Made by a program: the position numbers and the translations under genes. Under the pieces are notes generated by a model. The model saw nothing but the letters and a program-made list of their open reading frames with translations. It did not search any database and was not told where the DNA came from. This document shows positions 1-9,359 of a stretch of 64,000 bases of DNA, one piece after another (the first letter of the stretch is position 1; each line of letters begins with the position of its first letter). This DNA is from Gemmatimonadota bacterium (GTDB lineage Bacteria > Gemmatimonadota > Gemmatimonadetes > Palauibacterales > Palauibacteraceae): the NCBI GenBank assembly GCA_965116475.1, contig OZ220691.1, positions 3,360,001 to 3,424,000 on the forward strand. Reading direction: 5' to 3'.

Positions 1-53
1 ACATCCTCGCCTGGTTCGAGCGCTACCGGACGAGCGGAACGACGACCCAGTGA
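1..53 (+). CDS. 3' end of a CDS entering from the left edge; C-terminus ILAWFERYRTSGTTTQ resembles S9 (prolyl oligopeptidase-like) peptidase ends
   Basis: Open frame to TGA 51-53; only 16 residues visible. Confidence 0.4.
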   Translation, partial: ILAWFERYRTSGTTTQ

Positions 54-72
54 AGACAACCCAGTGACGACG
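41..72 (+). repeat. 14-bp-period tandem duplication of a stop-codon junction (GACGACCCAGTGA / GACAACCCAGTGA)
   Basis: Copies at 41-53 and 55-67, partial third copy at 68-72. Confidence 0.8.
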
Positions 73-74
73 CG

Positions 75-2042
75 ATGAGCCGCGACGGGACCGGCAGGTC
101 GGACAGGGAACTCGGGCTCGACCGGGAGATTACGCGGCGCGACTTCGTCCAGTTGGCGGGGGCCGGGATCGCGGGCTCCGCGCTCCTCGGGTGCGGGACC
201 GAAGCTCCTGGAGGCGGCAGCGGCATCGCGGTTCCGGGGATGGCTTCGGAGCCATGGTCCGACGCGCTGGGGCCGGACTGGTACGGGCCCGGCGGGGTGG
301 GGGACTACGCGTCCTCGCACGGGAACACGCCGGAGGTCGTCCGCTCGGCGCACTGGGTCCGCGATGGGCGGGCTCCAGGCGGAGGGGTGACGGACACAGG
401 GGAGCGTTTCGACGTCGTGATCGTCGGCGGCGGGCTCGCGGGACTCTCCGCCGCGCACCACTTCAAGCGGCACCGGCCCTCGGGCCGCTGTCTCGTCCTC
501 GACAACCACCCCGTGTTCGGCGGCGAGGCGAAACGCAACGACATCATGGTCGACGGCGTGCGCCTGGCCGGGCCGCAGGGGTCGAACGACTTCGGCGTGC
601 GCCCGCCCACGGGAGAGCCGGATGACTACTTCACGACGCTGGGGATCCCGCGCGAGTTCGAGTACGCGCCCGACGCCGGCCAGGTGAAGGCGCCGCTCGA
701 GAACTACGGCTTCATGCACTGGGTGCAGGACCAGTTCTCCATCGGGCACTACTTCGGCGGGACGCGGCGCGGCGGCCGGCCGGGCTGGTCGGGAGGGTCG
801 GGAGGCTGGGTCAACGGCCTCTTCGGCGACACCTCGCGCGCACCCTGGACGCCGGAGGTGCGGGAGGGCTTCGAACGCTGGCGGAACGCCCGGGTCACGG
901 ACCACGTGCCGCCGGACGCCCCCGGGGGACCGGACAACCCCGGGCCGTGGCTCGACGGCATGACGCTCAAGGCCTACTACGAGGATGTGCTCGGCCTGCC
1001 GCCGGAGGTGACCGCGTATGTGGATCCGATCCTCGCCAGCATCATCGGGCTCGGCTGCGACGCGATCTCCGCGTGGTGGGGGATGCACTTCGACCTGCCC
1101 GGCTTCGGGCTCCCGTCCCGCTACGACGGCATGACCTTCCACTCCTTCCCCGGCGGGAACGCGGGGATCGCCCGCTACTTCGTGAAGGACGTCGTGCCTG
1201 ACGGGATCGCGGGCGAGCGCACCCTGGGGGACGTGCTGAACGGGGCGATCGACTTCGGCGCGATCGACCGGCCGGATCAGCCCGCGCGCCTGCGGCTCGG
1301 ATGTACCGCGATCGACGTGCGCCACACCGGGAACGGCGACGGCCGCGTGCGCGTCACCTACGTGCACGGGGATCGCGCCTGGTCGGTCGAAGCGGAAGGT
1401 GTCGTGCTCGCGAGCGGGGGATGGATGAACCGCTACATCGCCGCCGACCTGCCGGACGGGCACCGCGCGGCCTACGAGCACTTCCGCCACGGGCCGATCC
1501 TCGTCGCGAACGTAGCGCTCCGGAACTGGCGCTTCCTCGACCGCCTCGGGATCGCCGGCTGCTTCTACGAGGGCGACCTCGGCTTCTCGTGCAACATCCG
1601 GCGGCCCATGTACGCGGGAGATTACCGGCCCGTCCACGCGCCCGATCACCCGACGATGCTGACCTTCTACATCACGTACGAGTCGCCCGGCCCATCGCCG
1701 GCGGACCAGGGGATGGCGGGCCGCACGGAGATGCTGAGCACGTCCTTCACGGAGTACGAGAGACGGCTGCGCGCGCAGATGGTCGAGCTTTTCGCGGAGG
1801 GCGGCTTCGATCCGGCCGAGGACATCGCCGGCCTCGTGCTCAATCGGTGGGGGCACGCCTATGTGGCGCCCGGACCCGGCTTCTTCTTCGGACGCGACGG
1901 AGCCCCGGCCCCGCCGGATGTGATTCGCGAACCGTTCGGCCGCGTCGCGATCGGGCATTCCGAACTGCGCGGGCACCAGAACTGGACCGGCGCGTCCGCC
2001 GAGGGGCGCCGCGCCGTCGAGACCGTCCTCGATCTCATCTGA
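75..2042 (+). CDS. Tat-exported FAD-dependent oxidoreductase, spermidine dehydrogenase-like, probable lipoprotein
   Basis: ITRRDFV twin-arginine motif, LLGC lipobox-like, VVIVGGGLAG FAD-binding motif, GGEAKRN, NRWGHAY. Confidence 0.8.
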   Translation: MSRDGTGRSDRELGLDREITRRDFVQLAGAGIAGSALLGCGTEAPGGGSGIAVPGMASEPWSDALGPDWYGPGGVGDYASSHGNTPEVVRSAHWVRDGRAPGGGVTDTGERFDVVIVGGGLAGLSAAHHFKRHRPSGRCLVLDNHPVFGGEAKRNDIMVDGVRLAGPQGSNDFGVRPPTGEPDDYFTTLGIPREFEYAPDAGQVKAPLENYGFMHWVQDQFSIGHYFGGTRRGGRPGWSGGSGGWVNGLFGDTSRAPWTPEVREGFERWRNARVTDHVPPDAPGGPDNPGPWLDGMTLKAYYEDVLGLPPEVTAYVDPILASIIGLGCDAISAWWGMHFDLPGFGLPSRYDGMTFHSFPGGNAGIARYFVKDVVPDGIAGERTLGDVLNGAIDFGAIDRPDQPARLRLGCTAIDVRHTGNGDGRVRVTYVHGDRAWSVEAEGVVLASGGWMNRYIAADLPDGHRAAYEHFRHGPILVANVALRNWRFLDRLGIAGCFYEGDLGFSCNIRRPMYAGDYRPVHAPDHPTMLTFYITYESPGPSPADQGMAGRTEMLSTSFTEYERRLRAQMVELFAEGGFDPAEDIAGLVLNRWGHAYVAPGPGFFFGRDGAPAPPDVIREPFGRVAIGHSELRGHQNWTGASAEGRRAVETVLDLI

Positions 2043-2064
2043 GGCCACCGCTGATGCCACCGCG

Positions 2065-2844
2065 ATGCGACGGGTGACGCCGCGGGCGGGCTCCCGCGGC
2101 CTGTGGACGCTTGTCCTCTGCGCGCTGGCGGGCTGCGCAGCCCCCTCGGTTCCGTCCATCCCGTACGAGATCCTGGGGACGTTTCCGCACGATCCCGCCG
2201 CGTACACGCAGGGACTCCTCTTCCACGACGGACAACTCCTCGAGAGCACCGGCCGCTACGGCGAATCGAGCGTGCGGCGGGTGGACGTGCCGACCGGCGA
2301 AGTCCTGGCGAGCGTCGCGGTGGACTCGGCCCTTTTCGGCGAAGGACTCGCCCGGGTGGACTCGGAACTCGTGCAACTCACATGGAAGTCCGGCCGGGCC
2401 TTCATCTACGATCTCGAGACCTTCGAGGTGCTCCGGGAGTTCGCCTACGAGGGTGAGGGCTGGGGCCTCTGCTACGACGGCGACTCGCTCTGGATGTCCG
2501 ATGGATCGAGCGCGCTCGAGCGCCGGAGCCCGCAGGACTTTACGGTTCTCGCGACGGTCGAGGTCACGCGGGCCGGGTCGCGGCAGGGTCGGCTGAACGA
2601 ACTCGAATGCGTGGACGACTGGATCTACGCCAACGTCTACCAGACCGACCTCATCGTCCGCATCGACAAGGCCACCGGAGAGGTGCTCGGCGAAATCGAC
2701 CTCTCGAGCGTCCCCCTCAGCGCCCGCAAGCCCGGAGACATCGAAGCCGTACTCAACGGCATCGCCTACGTCCCCGACACCGGCGTCTTCCTCGTCACCG
2801 GCAAACTCTGGCCCAACCTCCTCGCCCTCCGCCTCGAAGACTAG
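2065..2844 (+). CDS. Glutaminyl-peptide cyclotransferase (bacterial/plant type), lipoprotein
   Basis: YTQGL, ESTGRYG, FGEGL, QLTW, EGWGL, LNELE, VLNGIA, TGKLWP motifs; ALAGC lipobox; start could be GTG 2074. Confidence 0.9.
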   Translation: MRRVTPRAGSRGLWTLVLCALAGCAAPSVPSIPYEILGTFPHDPAAYTQGLLFHDGQLLESTGRYGESSVRRVDVPTGEVLASVAVDSALFGEGLARVDSELVQLTWKSGRAFIYDLETFEVLREFAYEGEGWGLCYDGDSLWMSDGSSALERRSPQDFTVLATVEVTRAGSRQGRLNELECVDDWIYANVYQTDLIVRIDKATGEVLGEIDLSSVPLSARKPGDIEAVLNGIAYVPDTGVFLVTGKLWPNLLALRLED

Positions 2845-2858
2845 GAGCGGCGGTGGCC

Positions 2859-3875
2859 TCAGCCGCGATTTGCCCTCTGCTCGATGTCGGCGCAGCGATC
2901 GATGATCTCCTCGAACGCTTCCTCATCATCGAACAGCATGCCATCGCGCAGCATCTTTTCATAGTCGTCGGCGAGAGCTTCCCTGAAGGGACCGTCGGGG
3001 CACAGTTGAAGCCCGCCGGAAACGGCCGCTTCGTAGTCGATCCAGTCTCCTGACCTGTCCCTCTCCCGGAAGAAAAGCGACTTGTGGCGAGCCACGGAAC
3101 GAGCAAGTTCACGGTCCGGTAGCGCTCTCTCCACGTAGCCGGTGTCGTCCAACCGAACCAGGTCGTGCCAATGTCTGGAGAGACGCGTCCCGCGCTGTGT
3201 GCGTCGACGGCAGAAGACATGTATCGCCGTAGCCTTCTCCCAGAAGGTACGCTCGGCCAACATCACCAAAGGTGTCGCCGACGGGAGATGGACATCGCTT
3301 ATCGACGAAGCGGCGTCGCATTCGATGCGCCGCTCCTCTCGGGGCTCACCCGTCGACCGCGCGCCAAACTCCACGAACACTTCCGGCAGGACGAAGCCAT
3401 AATCGTCGAACAGAGGTTCGTAACCGACGTAGATGCGGTCGGCGTCGGCTCGCACCCGGGCCGGAAATCCGCTTCGGGCCAGCCCCTCGCGGATGACCGG
3501 AACCGCTTCGTCTCTGGCCCATTCCGCTAGCCTCGAACGGATCATCCGTGTCCAGCGACGTTCCTGGCTTCGCGTCGGGGGAAGCGCCTCCTCCCCAGCT
3601 CCGGAGACCAGTTCCGGAGCGAAGCGGCGGATGTCATATGTGATGTCGACATCCTCGGAGAAACGGTGGATCGCGCGGTAGGCCTTGGCCAGCGATGTCC
3701 CGCCCTTGAACACCAGGTCCTGGCCGTATGGCGCCTCGAAGAGTACGGAAAGGGTCTGGACGACCCAGATGTCCTTTTCGAGCAGGTGCGCGGGACGGCC
3801 GCCAAGGCTCGTGGCGGTTTCGAGTGCCTCACGCCGTTCCGGTGCGGACAGAGTCTGGAATCGAACCTTACCCAC
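2859..3875 (-). CDS. AbiEii/AbiGii-family nucleotidyltransferase toxin (type IV TA)
   Basis: LEKDIWV, FKGGTSLAK, RFSEDVD, RTFWEK, RHWHD motifs; GTG start at 3875 overlaps the antitoxin 3' end. Confidence 0.88.
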   Translation of the reverse strand: MGKVRFQTLSAPERREALETATSLGGRPAHLLEKDIWVVQTLSVLFEAPYGQDLVFKGGTSLAKAYRAIHRFSEDVDITYDIRRFAPELVSGAGEEALPPTRSQERRWTRMIRSRLAEWARDEAVPVIREGLARSGFPARVRADADRIYVGYEPLFDDYGFVLPEVFVEFGARSTGEPREERRIECDAASSISDVHLPSATPLVMLAERTFWEKATAIHVFCRRRTQRGTRLSRHWHDLVRLDDTGYVERALPDRELARSVARHKSLFFRERDRSGDWIDYEAAVSGGLQLCPDGPFREALADDYEKMLRDGMLFDDEEAFEEIIDRCADIEQRANRG

Positions 3876-4464
3876 GAGCGACCAGGGCGCTGAGAGGCGT
3901 CGCGATCCATAGGGGCAGGATCGGGCGTGTAGCTGCGAGTTCCGCGAGATCTGCCGGGCCGAGCTTGCGCTCGATCTGCTCGATGTTCCGTTCCACTTCC
4001 GCAGGGCCCAGCCAGGCCAGGGCACGAATGGCCAGTCCGGCGGGTCGTCCCGGAGCAACGAGCTGCCAGCGTGGCGCATGACGCAGGCGGATGATCAAGG
4101 CATACAACCGCAACACTCGATTCGGGCCCGACGTGAGGTACACCAATCGGACCGGCACTTGAGTCGTCAGGCCGAGGACGTTCGCGGCCGCCCCGCCGCT
4201 CGGGACGATGGTTTCTCCCCACAAGGCCGAAAGTGCTTCAATGACGGTCGCGGCACCGGGCGCGCGAACGCCGAACCGGGTTTCTATCGGACGCACGTAG
4301 ACGCCCCGGCAGACTCGCAACAGCAGCCCTTGCCGGGCGAGGCGGGAGAGCGCCTGGTCGACGGCCGCCCGGTTTCCCAGATGGAGCAGGCCGTTGGCAC
4401 GAATTGGTGTGCCTTCCGGCAGCGTGGCTGCGTGTTCCGCGATCTGGCTTGGGAGTCCCGGCAT
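3868..4464 (-). CDS. AbiEi-type antitoxin / wHTH regulator (DUF6088-like)
   Basis: AVDQALSRL...RGVY N-terminal wHTH, AANVLGLTTQVP...YLTSGP; ATG 4464 after GGAAGGGA; directly upstream of the toxin. Confidence 0.85.
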   Translation of the reverse strand: MPGLPSQIAEHAATLPEGTPIRANGLLHLGNRAAVDQALSRLARQGLLLRVCRGVYVRPIETRFGVRAPGAATVIEALSALWGETIVPSGGAAANVLGLTTQVPVRLVYLTSGPNRVLRLYALIIRLRHAPRWQLVAPGRPAGLAIRALAWLGPAEVERNIEQIERKLGPADLAELAATRPILPLWIATPLSALVARG

Positions 4465-4493
4465 GGTTCCCTTCCGTTTTTTTCGTTTCAACA

Positions 4494-4519
4494 GTCAGAA
4501 ATATAAATTAGTTTCTGAC
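4494..4519. promoter_or_regulatory. Inverted repeat GTCAGAAA-N10-TTTCTGAC, probable antitoxin operator in the AT-rich TA promoter
   Basis: Perfect 8-bp arms about 30 bp upstream of the antitoxin ATG; minus-strand TTGCGT-N16-TAATTT overlaps it. Confidence 0.65.
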
Positions 4520-4554
4520 ACACTGCACGCAACGAACCTAACCCCAACAGCAAG

Positions 4555-5763
4555 CTACGCGATTCGGGCGAAGCGGTCGCCGAGGGTTTGGAGGCGGGCG
4601 GCGGGTTCGTTGCTGAATACGAGGCGGAGTTGGTGTTCGGCGTCGGGGCCGCCCCAGGCGTCCATGGGTGTGGCGGCGACGCCCGCGCGGGCGAGGAGCC
4701 GTCCGGAGAGCTCGCGGGCGGTGAGGCCGAGGGGCCGGGTGTCGACGAGGAGCGACCAGCCTCCGGCGGCGGGGCGGACCGGGTAGTCCCGGAGCGCCTC
4801 CAGCACTGCGTCCCGGCGCCGCTCCCAGCGCCGCACGCTCGCGGCCACATCCTCCGCTTCGTCCGCGGCGGTCAGCGCGGCCAGCGCGCCGGGCTGCCCG
4901 ATCCCGACGCCCGTTACGACGTTGTAGATCCCGACCTTGGCCACATCCGCCATGACGACGGCGGGCCCGACGATCCAGCCCGTGCGCCAACCGATCATGC
5001 GGTGCTCCTTGGAGACCGAGCCCACCGTGAGCGTGCGGTCGCGCATGCCCGGGAGGCCGGCCGGGTGCAGGTAGGGACGGCCGTCGTAGAGGATGCGCTC
5101 CATCGCGGCGTTGTAGATGAGCCACAGGTCGTGACGCTCACACAGCGCCGCGAGGAACGCCCAGTCGTCGGCGTCGAGCACGCCCCCGGACGGCATGGAC
5201 GGGTTCATGATGAAGAGCGCCCGGGTTCGGCTGCCGACGCACCCGGAGAGGGCGTCGAGGTCGAGGCGCCAGCCCCCTGCGGAGTCGAAGACCCAGGGTG
5301 CGAGCCGGGGGAGCGCACCCGCCAGCCGCACGCGCTGGAGCATGCCGGCGTACGTGGGGTCGGTGAGGATCACCTCGTCGCCCGGATCCACCGTGGCGAG
5401 CAGGGCGTTGAACAGGCCTTCGGTGCCGCCCGCGGTGATCACGCACTCCCGGTCCGGGTCGTATTCCCGCCCGGCGAGCCGGCCGACGTGCCGGGCGGCC
5501 GCCGCGCGGAGGTCGGCCCGTCCCGTGAAGGGCAGGTAGCTGTTGGCGGCCGGCGAGTCGAGCGCGGCGCGGGTGGTGGCCACGGCCGCCGCGGGCGGGC
5601 GCAGGTCGGTGTCGAGGTTCTCGAGCCGGAGGATGCCGGAGTCGCCCGCCGCCGCCCGCGCCACCCCGTCGATGTCGAACCCCGGAATGCCCTTCAGCCG
5701 CCTGGGCGGAGTACGCGCGCTGCCCTCCGCGGCGCTCCCCTGCCTGCCCTCCGCGGCGCTCAC
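4555..5763 (-). CDS. PLP-dependent aminotransferase class I/II
   Basis: ITAGGTEGL, DPTY, NPSMPSG, SVSKEHRMIGWRTG (PLP lysine). Confidence 0.88.
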   Translation of the reverse strand: MSAAEGRQGSAAEGSARTPPRRLKGIPGFDIDGVARAAAGDSGILRLENLDTDLRPPAAAVATTRAALDSPAANSYLPFTGRADLRAAAARHVGRLAGREYDPDRECVITAGGTEGLFNALLATVDPGDEVILTDPTYAGMLQRVRLAGALPRLAPWVFDSAGGWRLDLDALSGCVGSRTRALFIMNPSMPSGGVLDADDWAFLAALCERHDLWLIYNAAMERILYDGRPYLHPAGLPGMRDRTLTVGSVSKEHRMIGWRTGWIVGPAVVMADVAKVGIYNVVTGVGIGQPGALAALTAADEAEDVAASVRRWERRRDAVLEALRDYPVRPAAGGWSLLVDTRPLGLTARELSGRLLARAGVAATPMDAWGGPDAEHQLRLVFSNEPAARLQTLGDRFARIA

Positions 5764-8341
5764 CCGCCCATCCTTCGCTGCAGCGCGTCGAGCGCCGCCA
5801 TGAGGTCCGGCTCGTCCGACAGCACGCCCAGAAGCGGATCCGCGTCCAGTTCCCGGGCCCTCTCCGGCATCGTGTGAATCGTGAAGTCCTCCATCGAGAG
5901 CCCCTCTCCCACCTCGGCCCAGGCCAGCGGCGCCGATACCGTCGCCCCGGCGCGCGGACGGACGGAATAGGGCGCCACCACGAGCCGTCCGCGGCCGTTC
6001 TGGACGTAGTCGAGGTAGATCTTGCCGTCTCGTCCCGCCGGGTTCCGCACGATCGTGGCCCGGCCGGGGATCTCCGCCGCCACCGCCTTCGCGAGGAGGA
6101 GCGCGAGCGTGCGCGACTGCTCATAATCGAGTTGCCCCCCGAGCGGGATCATCACGTGGATGCCAGAGGACCCGCTCGTCTTCGGATAGCTGGGCAGCCC
6201 AATCTCCTCGCACATGTCGCCGATCGTGCGCGCGACCTCTACGACGTCCTCGAAGGGAGCGTACACCTCCTCGCCGTCGCGCTTGTGCTTCGGATCGAGG
6301 TCGAGCAGGCACCAGTCGGGGCGGTCCAGGCTCCCGATGCGGCTCGCCCACACGTGCAGCGGGATGGCCCCGAGGTTCGCGACGAACACCAGCGTCGCCG
6401 GGTCATCGGCGATGAAGTAATGGATGTCGCGCTCGGAGCCCTCGCTCCAGATTGCCTCCGTGCGCACCCATTCGGGCTGGAATCCCGGCGCGTTCTTCTG
6501 GAAGAAGGATTTTCCGTCGATCCCATCCGGATAGCGCGTCAGCACGAGGGGCCGGTCCTCCAGGAACTTCAGCAGCCACGGCGCGATGTCGCGGTAGTAC
6601 GCGATCAGATCGCCCTTCGTATATCCCTCCTCCGGCCAGAACACCTTGTCCAGATTCGAGAGCGGCAGCTCCTCGACGGGCGGGGGCGAAGTGTCGACGC
6701 GCACCGGGTCCGCGAGCGCCGCGCGCGGGTCGCGCGGAAGCCGGCAGTCCGTTGGGAGTACATCCGTGAGGCCCAGGAAGACGGCGTGCCGAAGCAGGCC
6801 GCCCTCGGTGACTTCCTTGTAGCGGATGTCCGCGACGAGGCGGGGCTCGACCCAGGTGTGTTCGTCTCCGGCGGGGCCGGGGTCACGAACGCGGGGGCAT
6901 CCGACGTCAGCTCGTCGAGCCGGGTCCGGAGGGCTGTCAGCGTCTCGTCGTCGAAGCCCGTCCCGACGCGGCCGACGTAGTGCAGGGCGAGGTCGTCGTC
7001 GCCTGCCGACGCTCCCGCTGGCGAGTCGGCGGCACCGTAGGCGCCGAGGTGGAGCGCCCCGAAGCCCGTCCGCGAGCCGGCCGGGCTCGTGAAGCCGACG
7101 ATGACGAACCGGTCCCGGCGGGCCGCGTGGATCTTCCGCCAGTCGGGGGAGCGGCCGCCGGCGTACCGGGAGCTGGCACGCTTGGCCATGATCCCCTCCA
7201 GGCCCATCTCCTGCACCTGCCGAAGCAGCGCCTCCCCACAGCCCTCGAAGTGTTCGCTGAAGCGGATCGGACCCGCCTCCGGCACCGCGTCGCGCAGGAA
7301 ACGGCGCCGGTCGGAGAGCGGAAGGTCGCGCAGGTCGTGCCCGTCGAAGGCGAGGAGGTCGAAGGCGTAGAAACTCGCCGGCGCCGCGAACGAGGCCCGC
7401 CGGATATCGAGCGGGCGCGAGAGCCTCGCGCGCTTCTGCAGGCGCCGGAAGCTCGGGTACCCCGCCGCGTCGTGGACGACGACTTCGCCGTCCATGACGA
7501 CCCGCCGGAAAGGGAGTTTGCGCAGAGCCCGCGCGATATCCGGGAAAGTCGGAAGCGCGTCGTGTCCGTTGCGCGTCAGGAGGCTTGCCTCGCCGTCGAT
7601 CGCCGAGGCCAGCATGCGGTAGCCGTCGAGTTTGAGTTCGAAGTGCCACGCCGGGTCGTCGAACGCATCTTCGCGCGGCTGGGCGAGCATGAACTCCACA
7701 TCCGAAGGGTCGACCGGCCGCTCCGGCGCGCCCGCCGCCTCGAGGGCCGCGGCCACATCGTCCCCCGGATACCAGCCCTCCTCCCGCCGCGCCATCTGCT
7801 CGACGGTAAGCCCGGACAGGATGGAACTCTCGGGGAGCGACCCGTCCCCGAGGATTGGGTGCCCGCCGCGCCGCTCCCGGATCAGCAGCCACTCCTTCCC
7901 CGTCTCCCCCTTCTCGATCCGCACGAGCGTCCACACACCCTTGAGCTTGTGGCCTCGAAGCTCGAACAGGAGCTTGCCCTTCTCCAGCCCCTCCTCCGGA
8001 TCCTCGAGCATGATGCAGCGGCCGATGTCCCACACGATCATCTCGCCGCCGCCGTACTCGCCGGCCGGAATCACGCCCTCGAACTCGATGTACTCGACCG
8101 GATGATCCTCGACGTGAACGGCGAGTTTCCTGTCGGCGGGGTCGGCCGAGATCCCCTTCGGCACCGCCCACGAGACGAGGACGCCTCCGATCTCCAGGCG
8201 CAGGTCGTAGTGCCGCCGGGTGGCCGCGTGCAACTGGACGACGAAGACGCCGACACCCGTCGCGGGCGCCCCGCCGAAGGGCTCCGGCGTGCGCTCGGAA
8301 GCTCGCTTGTCCCGGTATTCCTCGAGTTTTTCGCGGGGCAT
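5760..8341 (-). pseudogene. ligD: NHEJ DNA ligase D (phosphoesterase-ligase-polymerase) with a 1-nt frameshift near 6873-6876; pseudogene or sequencing error
   Basis: PE: FVVQLHAATRRHYDLRLE...SWAVPKG; LIG: ELKLDGYR, EGIMAK; second frame continues WVEPRLVADI...LLRHAVFLGL and POL SNLDKVFWP, RYPDG, FFQKN, DLDP, KTSGSSGIH, YLDYVQN, VAPYSVR. Confidence 0.85.
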
Positions 8342-8507
8342 GCTCGCCGCACCCCTCCCGATGCTGGTTCCGGTCCGCCGGCTTCGGATTGCCCGCGCTC
8401 TGTGCGACAATCCGGGCCGCAACCTATTATTCCGCCCCCCGGTTCGGCATCAGAGCCGGGGCCTGGCATCGCGCCGGCGGTTCGGCGCGCACACGGAGAG
8501 GCGCAGC

Positions 8508-9350
8508 ATGTCACCCCGACCCATCGCGACGGCGACGATCTCGTTCGGGCTCGTTTCGATCCCGTGCCAGCTCTATTCGTCCGCCGAGAACTCCCACAAG
8601 GTCCGCTTCAACTTCCTCTCGCCCGAGGGCACCCGCGTGAAGCAGCAGTACGTGGACGCCAAGACCGGAGAACCGGTCGAGCGCCGCGATCTCGTGAAGG
8701 GTTACCAGTTCGCGAAGGGCCAGTACGTGACGTTCAAGCCGGAGGAACTGAAGGCGTTGGAGGCGGAGGCGACGCAGGCGATCGAGATCGTCGAATTCGT
8801 CCCGGTGGACCAGGTCGAGCGGGCGTATATCGGTAAGACGTACTACCTCGGACCTGCGCGGGGAGGAGACAAGGCCTACCGTCTCCTCGGAGCCGCGATG
8901 AAGCAGACGGGCTGGGCCGCGCTCGCAAAGTACGCGGCGCGCGGCAAGCAGTATCTCGTTCTCGTGCGGCCGGTCGGAGATCACCTCGTGCTGGAACAAC
9001 TGCACTACGCGCACGAGGTGCGGGACATCGCCGACGTGCCGTCGGGAGAGGGCGAGGTCGCCGAAGCGGAACTCGGCCTCGCCGTGCAGCTGATCGAGCA
9101 GATCGCCTCGGAGAACTTCGATCCGTCGAGGTACGAGGATGAGGTCGGACAGCGCATGCTCGAGGCGGTCGAGCGGAAGGTCGCGGACGGCACGGAGATC
9201 ACCGCGCCCGTCGAGGAAGAGACGACGGCGCAGGTCATCGACCTCATGGCCGCGCTCCGGGCGAGCGTCGGCGGCGCCGGCGAGACGGAGGCCGGGAGCG
9301 GAGACCAGGCGGAGAGCGAGTCGGAGCAGAAAAAAGCCACAGGGTCATAG
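8508..9350 (+). CDS. ku: Ku protein (NHEJ)
   Basis: ISFGLVSIP, LVKGYQ, IEIVEFV, YYLGP, VIDLMAALRASV; GGAGAGG SD; divergent from ligD. Confidence 0.92.
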   Translation: MSPRPIATATISFGLVSIPCQLYSSAENSHKVRFNFLSPEGTRVKQQYVDAKTGEPVERRDLVKGYQFAKGQYVTFKPEELKALEAEATQAIEIVEFVPVDQVERAYIGKTYYLGPARGGDKAYRLLGAAMKQTGWAALAKYAARGKQYLVLVRPVGDHLVLEQLHYAHEVRDIADVPSGEGEVAEAELGLAVQLIEQIASENFDPSRYEDEVGQRMLEAVERKVADGTEITAPVEEETTAQVIDLMAALRASVGGAGETEAGSGDQAESESEQKKATGS

Positions 9351-9359
9351 GAGAGTCCG

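Noticed and set aside
6865..6890. Canonical programmed -1 ribosomal frameshift in ligD
   Set aside because: No X-XXY-YYZ slippery heptamer at the crossover; a simple indel is more parsimonious.
5760..8171. 803-aa ORF as an independent gene
   Set aside because: The N-terminal part is an Arg/Gly-rich off-frame read of ligD; only the part downstream of about 6875 is the real LigD C-terminus.
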